A DNA stretch of 64,000 nucleotides from Pseudomonadales bacterium (lineage in GTDB: Bacteria > Pseudomonadota > Gammaproteobacteria > Pseudomonadales > JAUIET01), in NCBI GenBank assembly GCA_045106985.1, contig JBGCFQ010000020.1, forward strand, positions 227,897 through 291,896. Direction: 5' to 3'. Positions 56,551 through 64,000 of this stretch are shown piece by piece; positions within the stretch are counted from its first letter, which is position 1; the number at the start of each line of letters is the position of its first letter. Under the pieces are notes generated by a model. The model saw only the letters and a list, made by a program, of their open reading frames with translations. It was not told where the DNA came from and ran no database searches. A program made the translations under genes and the position numbers.

Positions 56551-58767
56551 ATGACTCAGCAGCAAACGATTTACTACACACTCACCGACGAAGCACCTGC
56601 ACTAGCGACGAGTTCCTTCTTACCGATTGTTAGAGCCTTTGCGGCCAGCGCAGGCATTAAGGTTGAGCTTACGGACATATCGCTAGCTTGCCGCGTATTA
56701 TCAGGCTTTTCCGAGTTATTGAGTGAGGAGCAACGTGTAGAAGATGGACTGGCCTTTCTTGGAGAGCTCACCCAACACGAAGACGCGAATATCATTAAGC
56801 TACCTAATATAAGTGCCTCGATACCCCAGCTCAAAGACTGCATCGCGGAATTGCAGGCGCAAGGTTACCCCTTGCCAGATTACCCAGAGGCGCCCGAAAC
56901 AGAAGCAGAGCATGATTATTTTGCGCGTTACAGCAAAGTATTAGGCAGCGCGGTTAATCCTGTGCTTCGCGAAGGTAACTCCGATCGTCGTGCGCCCGCG
57001 GCGGTGAAGGCATTTGCGCGTAAATTTCCCCATAGCATGGGAGATTGGAGTATGGCCTCTCAAACCCACGCGGCGTGCATGCGTGGAGGCGACTTTTTCT
57101 CTAGCGAACAGTCTTTCACTGCCGAAAAGGCAATGCCTGTTCGTATTGAGTTCGTCAGTGAGGCTGGCGACGTACAAGTGAAAAAGGAAATACAACTCGA
57201 GGAAGGCGAAATTCTTGACGGCATGTTCATGAGCTCTAAAAAACTGCGTGAGTTTTTTGAGGAGACTCTTGAAGATGCCAAGAACACTAACGTAATGTGG
57301 TCATTACACGTTAAAGCCACAATGATGAAAGTATCCCATCCAATCGTATTCGGTCACGCAGTTACGGTCTTCTATGACGAGGTTTTTCAAAAGTACGGTG
57401 AGCTTTTTGATAAGTTAGGCGTTAACCCAAACAACGGTATTGGTAGCGTTTACGACAAGATTTCGAGCTTACCCCGCTCCCAGCAAGAAGAAATTGAAGA
57501 GGATATTCAAGCCTGCTATTCAAACCGGCCTGAACTGGCAATGGTTGACTCAGTTAAAGGCATATCCAACCTTCACGTCCCAAGCGATGTGATCGTTGAT
57601 GCCTCAATGCCCGCCATGATCAGAAGTTCAGGAAAGATGTGGGGCCCCGATGGCAAGCTAAAAGACACCAAGGCAGTGATGCCTGAAAGCACTTATGCGC
57701 GTATTTACCAGGAAATGATTAACTTCTGCAAAACGCACGGCGCATTTGACCCCACCACCATGGGAACTGTTCCTAATGTGGGCTTAATGGCAAAGAAGGC
57801 TGAGGAATACGGCTCCCACGACAAAACCTTTGAAATGGAAGAAAACGGCACTATGCGCATTGTTGATGCTGACGGGTCGGTTTTGACCGAGCATGAAGTC
57901 GAGCAAGGAGATATTTGGCGCGCATGTCAGACTAAAGATGTCGCCATCAAAGACTGGGTGAAGTTAGCTGTCACGCGAGCCCGACAGTCTGATACACCGG
58001 CTATATTTTGGCTAGATCCTGAGCGTGCTCACGATCGTGAGCTGACCAAAAAGGTAAAGGCCTATCTGCAAGACCACAACACCGAAAACCTAGACATCAG
58101 TATGAAGAGCTACGATGAAGCAATTCGTATTTCTATGGAACGTCAGATACGTGGACTGGATACTATTTCAGTAACCGGCAACGTACTGCGTGATTATCTC
58201 ACCGACCTGTTCCCCATTATGGAGCTTGGCACATCTGCAAAAATGCTCTCTATAGTGCCTATGCTGGCCGGCGGAGGAATGTACGAAACAGGTGCTGGCG
58301 GCTCGGCGCCCAAGCATGTTCAGCAATTAGAAGAAGAAAATCACCTCCGCTGGGATTCTCTCGGCGAGTTTCTAGCGTTAGCGGTTTCGTTGGAAGATAT
58401 TGGCACCAAGAACGATAACCAAACGGCTAAAATTCTTGCCGAAACACTTGATTCTGCAACAGGGAAACTGCTGGAGAGTGAGAAATCTCCAAGTAGAAAG
58501 GCCGGTGAATTAGATAATCGCGGAAGTCACTACTACTTAGCCAGATATTGGGCCGAAGCCGTGGTGGCTCAATCTCAAGATGCTGAACTTGCTGACAAAT
58601 TCAAGCCTCTAGCAAACGCATTAGTGGAAAACGAAGAAAAAATAGTCGCCGAGCTTGCAGCCGTTCAATGCAGTCCTGCCAATTTAGATGGCTACTATCA
58701 CACCTCACTTAAGTTGGTAGAAGAGGTCATGCGGCCAAGCAAGACGCTAAACAGCATCATTAGCTAA
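56551..58767 (+). CDS. icd: Monomeric NADP-dependent isocitrate dehydrogenase
   Basis: [67 protein letters not shown]. Confidence 0.97.
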   Translation: MTQQQTIYYTLTDEAPALATSSFLPIVRAFAASAGIKVELTDISLACRVLSGFSELLSEEQRVEDGLAFLGELTQHEDANIIKLPNISASIPQLKDCIAELQAQGYPLPDYPEAPETEAEHDYFARYSKVLGSAVNPVLREGNSDRRAPAAVKAFARKFPHSMGDWSMASQTHAACMRGGDFFSSEQSFTAEKAMPVRIEFVSEAGDVQVKKEIQLEEGEILDGMFMSSKKLREFFEETLEDAKNTNVMWSLHVKATMMKVSHPIVFGHAVTVFYDEVFQKYGELFDKLGVNPNNGIGSVYDKISSLPRSQQEEIEEDIQACYSNRPELAMVDSVKGISNLHVPSDVIVDASMPAMIRSSGKMWGPDGKLKDTKAVMPESTYARIYQEMINFCKTHGAFDPTTMGTVPNVGLMAKKAEEYGSHDKTFEMEENGTMRIVDADGSVLTEHEVEQGDIWRACQTKDVAIKDWVKLAVTRARQSDTPAIFWLDPERAHDRELTKKVKAYLQDHNTENLDISMKSYDEAIRISMERQIRGLDTISVTGNVLRDYLTDLFPIMELGTSAKMLSIVPMLAGGGMYETGAGGSAPKHVQQLEEENHLRWDSLGEFLALAVSLEDIGTKNDNQTAKILAETLDSATGKLLESEKSPSRKAGELDNRGSHYYLARYWAEAVVAQSQDAELADKFKPLANALVENEEKIVAELAAVQCSPANLDGYYHTSLKLVEEVMRPSKTLNSIIS

Positions 58768-59995
58768 CGTATGCCCCCTTTGCAATAGGGGGCAGCACTT
58801 GCGTGACATCATAATCTTGCAGCCACGTTAGTTGCTTCTCAATTAAGTAGGGTATGTTTTTGCTCACAAAACCAAGAGTTCTGTGAGTAAGCCAACGCTG
58901 CGCCGGGTTGCTAATATGAAACAGCTTGGCATTGCGAGCCGAGCCACGTTGTACTCGGCTGCAACGGCCTATGCGCAGCAAATACAGCTTATTAAGCGCC
59001 GTAGAGAGCTCCGTGGGATGCCGCTCGATTAATTCTGCTAGCAGGTAGGCGTCCTCCATTGCCATCGCAGCACCAGCGCCCAAATTAGGTAGCGCTGCGT
59101 GGCAGGCATCGCCAATTAAACCCACTGGCCCAATAGACCAGCGAGGCATTGGTTTGCGAGTATAGAGAGCCCATCGATAAGTTTCTTTCATCGCGCCCAA
59201 CACCTGATCAACATCGGTATGCCAACCGCTATAGTGACGCCGTAAATCATCCACCTCGCCTTTTGTGTTCCAGGATTCATCCTGGCAGCTGTCGCCATCT
59301 TGCTGGGCAACGACATTGATGTAGCGACCATCACGTAGTGGGTACATGACGAAATGCGATTTGGGCCCCATCACCACAGCGGCTGTAACTTTTCGGTCCA
59401 GCTGCGACGCATCAACCATTGCACGATAAGCTATCTGGCCGGTGAACGTCGGATTATCTTCGCCAAATAACGACCGACTAACCAGGGATTTGATGCCATC
59501 GGCCCCTATAACCAAGTCCGCCGCTAAGGCCGAGGAGTCTGCAAACGTCAACTTGGGGCGCGTTCTGGCTTCAAGTTCGCCCTGATTCACGCCAAGCACT
59601 GTCCTGCCAAAGTGAAGTTCAGCGCCCAGTTCCCCAGCTCGCTTTAAAAGCATGCTGTGAAAGTCTGCGCGATGAGCTTGATAGTGAGGAAACTCACGAT
59701 GACGGTTATTCGGACTGCCTTGAATGATCAACCGCCCGCTGTGAGCCTCTATAAAATTGAGGCTGCTCGGCGCACTGGCAATAGAAGCAAACTCTTCACT
59801 CAAGTCCAAAGCGTCTACCACACGGCTAGCGCAGGGTTGAATCTGCAAACCTGCCCCACTTGATTCAGGCGAAGCAGCCCTTTCGATCACGGTTACTTGC
59901 AGCCCTTTTAGGCGAAGGGCAATAGCTGCGGTTAGGCCAGCTATACCCGCGCCCACTATTGCTACCTGAACATGTTGCAAGGATTTCGATTTCAT
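58760..59995 (-). CDS. FAD-dependent monooxygenase (salicylate hydroxylase / 3-hydroxybenzoate 6-monooxygenase-like)
   Basis: [46 protein letters not shown]. Confidence 0.88.
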   Translation of the reverse strand: MKSKSLQHVQVAIVGAGIAGLTAAIALRLKGLQVTVIERAASPESSGAGLQIQPCASRVVDALDLSEEFASIASAPSSLNFIEAHSGRLIIQGSPNNRHREFPHYQAHRADFHSMLLKRAGELGAELHFGRTVLGVNQGELEARTRPKLTFADSSALAADLVIGADGIKSLVSRSLFGEDNPTFTGQIAYRAMVDASQLDRKVTAAVVMGPKSHFVMYPLRDGRYINVVAQQDGDSCQDESWNTKGEVDDLRRHYSGWHTDVDQVLGAMKETYRWALYTRKPMPRWSIGPVGLIGDACHAALPNLGAGAAMAMEDAYLLAELIERHPTELSTALNKLYLLRIGRCSRVQRGSARNAKLFHISNPAQRWLTHRTLGFVSKNIPYLIEKQLTWLQDYDVTQVLPPIAKGAYVS

Positions 59996-60041
59996 TGTAA
60001 GCGCTGTACCGCCGCTAAAGGGCAAGCCGAAGGACGAGACA

Positions 60042-60347
60042 TTACTCCGCTGGTAGAACCTTTTTGAACGGTTTTACAGAGTGGTGTTTTGTGACACCGT
60101 TGAGCGCGTAAGGGTCAGAGTCTGCCCAAGCCTGAGCTGCACCTAAGGAGTCAAATTCTGCAACAATCAAGCTGCCAGTAAAACCTGCCTCTCCTGGGTC
60201 ATTTGAATCAATTGCAGGCAATGGACCTGCTACAAATAGACGGCCAACGGAGTCCAGCTCATTCAAGCGATCCAAATGGGCCGCTCTATTCGCCAGCCGA
60301 AGAGGCAAGCTGTGTTCAACATCTTCAGTCACTATTGCGTATAACAT
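60042..60347 (-). CDS. yciI: YciI family protein
   Basis: MLYAI..ED, R...[30 protein letters not shown]. Confidence 0.9.
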   Translation of the reverse strand: MLYAIVTEDVEHSLPLRLANRAAHLDRLNELDSVGRLFVAGPLPAIDSNDPGEAGFTGSLIVAEFDSLGAAQAWADSDPYALNGVTKHHSVKPFKKVLPAE

Positions 60348-60570
60348 ATACGGATGGTACTCCCTGGCTCTCAATTTAATTGTGCCAGTGTAACGCTCCA
60401 TAGGCGCCTCTGTGAAGTCGCTAAAAAAGGCGGAAAATTGCTAACGCTCAGTGGTGCAATAGCAACATCCGAAAGGCTGCGTTTAGCGTCTCAATCAGTT
60501 TCAGAACAGGATGAGGCAGTGGGGCTTCGAAATTGTATACTAGGAGAATAAAAACACAGAGGATCCAGCA

Positions 60571-61923
60571 ATGATAATAAGTAATCGCCGTAAGATTCTT
60601 AAAACCGCTTTAGCAGCTTTGGCCTCAGCGGCTGGGACAGTAGCTGCGCCAGCTGTTGCCATCAGAGATGAGGTCAATCAGGAGACAAGTGGTCAGCCAA
60701 CACTTGCATTAGCGACCGCTGACTGGCCCTCACTGCGCCGCCAGTTCTCATTAGACGAGGAGCCCGTCCATATGGCTTGTTTTCTGCTGTCATCTCACCC
60801 GAAGCAAGTGGCCGCCGCTATTAACCGGTATCGATCTGAGCTGGACCGCAATCCCGCACAATTCCTAATGGAAAACGACCACAAGCTGGAACTTGCAGTG
60901 TTGCAGTCAGCCGCTCGTTACATTAATGATGTACCTGAAAATGTCGCCTTAATTCGAAGTACCACTGAAGGGCTGGCGACTTTGCTCAACGGCATTTCGA
61001 TTGGGCCGGGGCAAGAAGTGCTCACTTCGGAACACGATCACTACGCCATGTTCAGATCACTGCAGTTCAGTGCTGAGAGGAATGGAGCGTCGGTGAAACG
61101 TATTGAACTGTATGACCAATACAACCCGACCAGCGCTTCCACTGATGAGATAGTTAGCCGAATAAAAAACAACATTACGTCCAAAACTCGGGTAGTCGCT
61201 CTTACCTGGGTACACTCCAGTAGCGGCATAAAGCTTCCAATCCATGAGATTGCCAAAGTTGTGGCCCACGCCAATCGCGGCCGAAGCGAAAAAGACCGAG
61301 CTCTATTATGTGTGGATGGTGTGCATGGGTTCGGTGTAGAAAACATCGACATTCAGCACATGGGTTGTGACTTCTTTGTCGCAGGAACGCATAAGTGGAT
61401 GTTTGGACCTAGAGGTACCGGTATTTTATGGAGCAAGCATGACGCCTGGGCGCACTTGGAACCGACGGTTCCTACATTTGATTTCAATGCATTCTTGCAA
61501 TGGATGAAATTCTTACCTGAATCGCCCATTCCCGGCGCAATTCGAATGACGCCAGGTGGCACGCATGCTTATGAGCATCGCTGGGCAATGAACGAGGCCT
61601 TTGACTTCCATTTGGAAATAGGTAAAGCCCGAATTGCTGAGCGTATTCATTCGCTTAACACTCAACTAAAGGAAGGCATGGAAAAGATCAAAGGCGTGAA
61701 TTTGAAAACGCCAATAGACAGCCGACTAAGTTCTGGTATTACCGCTTTCGAAATTGAGGGCCTGGGGCCACGAGACGGCGTAAAGACCTTTCGTGAACAC
61801 AACATCATTGCGTCACAGTCACCCTACGCTATCACATACACACGCTTAACTCCGGGCATTATAAATAGCGAAGCTGATGTAGATTACTGCCTGGCAACCG
61901 CCCGCAAATTAGCGCTCGCTTAG
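60571..61923 (+). CDS. Tat-exported class V PLP enzyme, PvdN-like
   Basis: SNRRKILK twin-arginine leader, FLLSSHP, STTEGL, TWVHSSSGIKLP, VDGVHGFG, AGTHKWMFGPRGTG. Confidence 0.8.
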   Translation: MIISNRRKILKTALAALASAAGTVAAPAVAIRDEVNQETSGQPTLALATADWPSLRRQFSLDEEPVHMACFLLSSHPKQVAAAINRYRSELDRNPAQFLMENDHKLELAVLQSAARYINDVPENVALIRSTTEGLATLLNGISIGPGQEVLTSEHDHYAMFRSLQFSAERNGASVKRIELYDQYNPTSASTDEIVSRIKNNITSKTRVVALTWVHSSSGIKLPIHEIAKVVAHANRGRSEKDRALLCVDGVHGFGVENIDIQHMGCDFFVAGTHKWMFGPRGTGILWSKHDAWAHLEPTVPTFDFNAFLQWMKFLPESPIPGAIRMTPGGTHAYEHRWAMNEAFDFHLEIGKARIAERIHSLNTQLKEGMEKIKGVNLKTPIDSRLSSGITAFEIEGLGPRDGVKTFREHNIIASQSPYAITYTRLTPGIINSEADVDYCLATARKLALA

Positions 61924-61941
61924 TGTGCCAATGCTATCCGC

Positions 61942-62388
61942 TTAGTCGTATGCTGGACTGATTTCATAGCCGGTTTTGGCAACCCAAGCCGCCATATCTC
62001 GCTCTGCTTCTTCGGGAAATTGATCGCCTATGTATTCAATTTTGGAATCGCGAATTCGCATCACCGTTTTTCCTGGAAGCACAAATTGCGGTAAACCTTC
62101 TTTGTTGTAAGTCGCATGCCAGCTCACACTCAGTTCGCTGCCATCTTCAACAAATTCGCTGTCAGCGGCCAATTTACGACTGTCGAAGCGCCGGTCAAAA
62201 CCGTCCAGCGATTTCTTCATACCAACAAAAATGGCTTTAGGGCCTCTGAGCACGCAGGCAAATTGCCCCCCGATAATTTCATAAACCGCGTCATCGTGAA
62301 AAAACGTATAAACCCGCGACCAGTCGTCATCATCATAAGACTGCTCAAACGCCGCAGCGTAATCGAAAAAGAGCTCTGTTGGTGTCAT
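61942..62388 (-). CDS. SnoaL-like/NTF2 family protein
   Basis: Y..AFE.....DDW....FFHDDAVY, G...I, terminal KI..I.D strand; AAGGA RBS before ATG 62388. Confidence 0.72.
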   Translation of the reverse strand: MTPTELFFDYAAAFEQSYDDDDWSRVYTFFHDDAVYEIIGGQFACVLRGPKAIFVGMKKSLDGFDRRFDSRKLAADSEFVEDGSELSVSWHATYNKEGLPQFVLPGKTVMRIRDSKIEYIGDQFPEEAERDMAAWVAKTGYEISPAYD

Positions 62389-62534
62389 GTCCTTGCCTAT
62401 TGCTATCGATACAGTTCCCAAGCATCAGTGTAAACAAATTATGCGGTTTTAATAACACCCCTTCGTACAAGCACTTTGCACAAGCAATTTGCATCACCGC
62501 ACCGCGGATTTCGAAGCCCCATTTATCTCAGCTC

Positions 62535-63908
62535 TTACTTTGCCGCGAATAAATTTCTATCACGTATTATTGCAGCGGCGCCAGCGGGTACCATTTCTTC
62601 CCAGGTGGTATCGTTAGCCGCTATATACTCGAGCACTTTTGGCGACTGTATGTGAAGTAGATCTTTATTGTAATTATCTAGCGCTTTCACCGCTCCAAGA
62701 TCCATCAAATAGCCCAGTAGCTTCTCACTATAGTGATCCAAATTTAGATCATCTACAGAACGTATTTCCTGAGTGATAGCGTTCAATACTGGGTAAACAT
62801 ACATGGTGAGATCTTTGCCAATCAACCGCCCCATACTTTCGAACAAGCTACCAGGGTCTTCAGCCGGGTATTGATCAAACAATTGCTGGGCTGAGTCCAT
62901 ACCAATTGCTAACGCCGTTTTGGCCACTCCCGAATCGCGCAGATAGCCTGCGAGTGAATCAAAATTGAGAAAGTCTGAGATCAGCACTGCGTGCTGGGTA
63001 GCCGACAACACATCTACCCTACTAATAAAGTCTTCAAGACATACATCACCATCAGCCGACAGTTGATGCATCGTCATTTCCATTAATGGAACAGGTTTCA
63101 AACCCGGGTTATCGGCAATAAACTGGCTCTCGGCACAGTGCAACACGTCAATATTAACGTGAGTGAGAGGTCTAAACCGACCACGATGAACAACCACCGC
63201 TTTTTTGCGCAAATACTCTCCTGCTTGCAACACGGTTCCATCCGCAGCAAACATTGCCGCACCAGTAAAACCTTGCTGGACCAATTGCAGAGTCATCACA
63301 CGGTTGTCTACCGCCTTGAAAGCCGCTCCTGAGAACTCAACCATGTCAATTTCAACACGACCAGGGTCCAGCCCTTCCATCAGAGAGTTCAGTAGCTCAT
63401 TTGGCTTGTCCGACAAGAAAGCAGAGCCATAGACGAGATTAACACCAACCATGCCGATGGCATCGGCCTGCAAGGCGTTGGATTTATCCAGCATACGAAT
63501 ATGGACCACGATTTGGCTGTGCTGATCGCCGGGCTTCGCCTGAAAGCGAATACCCATCCACGCATGGCAATCATTCGTGCCACGGAAATTTCTCGCCGAA
63601 ACGGTATCCGCAAACGAAAAGAACGCCGTGTCAGCGCCACGCTCTCCGGCCAGGCGTTCGACATTTAACCAATATTCTTTTTCAAGCATAGAAACCAAAC
63701 GTTCACGGGCCACATAACGCTGACACTCGCCATAGATAGCGTCGCTCACTTTCATGTCATATGCCGAGATGCTCTGCGCTACAGTTCCAGCCGCTCCTCC
63801 AGCTTGGAAAAACCAACGCACGACCTCTTGCCCTGCCCCAATTTCTGCAAAGCTACCGTAAACTTGATCCGTCAGATTAACTCTGAGTGCTTTCTCTCTT
63901 GTATTCAT
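62535..63908 (-). CDS. Conserved protein: CinA/PncC-like N-terminal region plus nucleotidyltransferase-like C-terminal region
   Basis: YGSFAEIGAGQEVVRWFF.AGGAAGTVA.S.SAYD, FFSFADTV, HAWMGIRFQ, RGRFRPLTHVN, C-terminal WEEMVP...A.II. Confidence 0.6.
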   Translation of the reverse strand: MNTREKALRVNLTDQVYGSFAEIGAGQEVVRWFFQAGGAAGTVAQSISAYDMKVSDAIYGECQRYVARERLVSMLEKEYWLNVERLAGERGADTAFFSFADTVSARNFRGTNDCHAWMGIRFQAKPGDQHSQIVVHIRMLDKSNALQADAIGMVGVNLVYGSAFLSDKPNELLNSLMEGLDPGRVEIDMVEFSGAAFKAVDNRVMTLQLVQQGFTGAAMFAADGTVLQAGEYLRKKAVVVHRGRFRPLTHVNIDVLHCAESQFIADNPGLKPVPLMEMTMHQLSADGDVCLEDFISRVDVLSATQHAVLISDFLNFDSLAGYLRDSGVAKTALAIGMDSAQQLFDQYPAEDPGSLFESMGRLIGKDLTMYVYPVLNAITQEIRSVDDLNLDHYSEKLLGYLMDLGAVKALDNYNKDLLHIQSPKVLEYIAANDTTWEEMVPAGAAAIIRDRNLFAAK

Positions 63909-64000
63909 GTCGTATATTGTCCTTAGGTATGGAATTAGGTATCGGCAAAAAGGAAGAAAACTTAAGCACTGAAGCACCAAGATCGGGTACGAAACTGAGC

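Noticed and set aside
306-63664. Many short (mostly 60-210 aa) alternative-frame and antisense ORFs in the ORF track, e.g. 45666-46298 +, 42303-42824 -, 15747-16163 +
   Set aside because: They overlap well-supported genes and have no recognisable motifs; treated as shadow ORFs
62535-63908. TonB-dependent receptor label that I recall being attached to similar proteins
   Set aside because: No signal peptide, no beta-barrel periodicity and too short; appears to be a soluble alpha/beta protein
1-64000. CRISPR arrays, tRNA/rRNA genes, integrases, transposases, prophage or defence genes
   Set aside because: No regularly spaced repeats, tRNA arms or recombinase/transposase motifs seen in intergenic regions or ORFs; inspection by eye only

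Overview
A gene-dense, mostly metabolic chromosomal segment with about 53 protein-coding genes. The gene content (PykA-type pyruvate kinase, monomeric NADP-IDH, AqpZ, PqiABC, an OprI/Lpp-like lipoprotein with an L,D-transpeptidase, HDOD and PilZ proteins, many lipid/steroid-type catabolic enzymes) suggests a marine gammaproteobacterium such as Cellvibrionales/Halieaceae; this taxonomy is inferred. I saw no rRNA, tRNA, CRISPR array, integrase or transposase. Main blocks: (i) cupin/VOC pair divergent from P450 and acyl-CoA ligase; (ii) a probable oxidative (3-keto) glycoside-utilisation cluster of MFS, two Gfo/Idh/MocA enzymes, an NRAMP-fold transporter, DUF1080 and a PQQ/heme dehydrogenase; (iii) pyk, a paired acyl-CoA dehydrogenase, and Lpp-like lipoprotein plus LDT; (iv) a heme-less PVA-DH-like PQQ enzyme followed by a large diheme beta-propeller lipoprotein; (v) RND pump, peptidase and three orphan signalling-like genes, including an XRE protein with DRR repeats; (vi) CoA-transferase, hydrolase and LLM; (vii) pqiABC; (viii) a tight pxpA - D-glutamate cyclase domain - dat - alr operon; (ix) KstD-like enzyme, TAP-like protease with NatAB-like ABC, MscS-like channel, aqpZ, icd, an orphan PvdN-like Tat enzyme and a CinA-like/nucleotidyltransferase-like protein. 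The best candidates for undescribed systems are the D-pyroglutamate/D-amino-acid operon, the PQQ-DH plus diheme propeller pair, and the XRE-DRR regulator locus. All functional calls come from motif recognition by eye; no database search was run.
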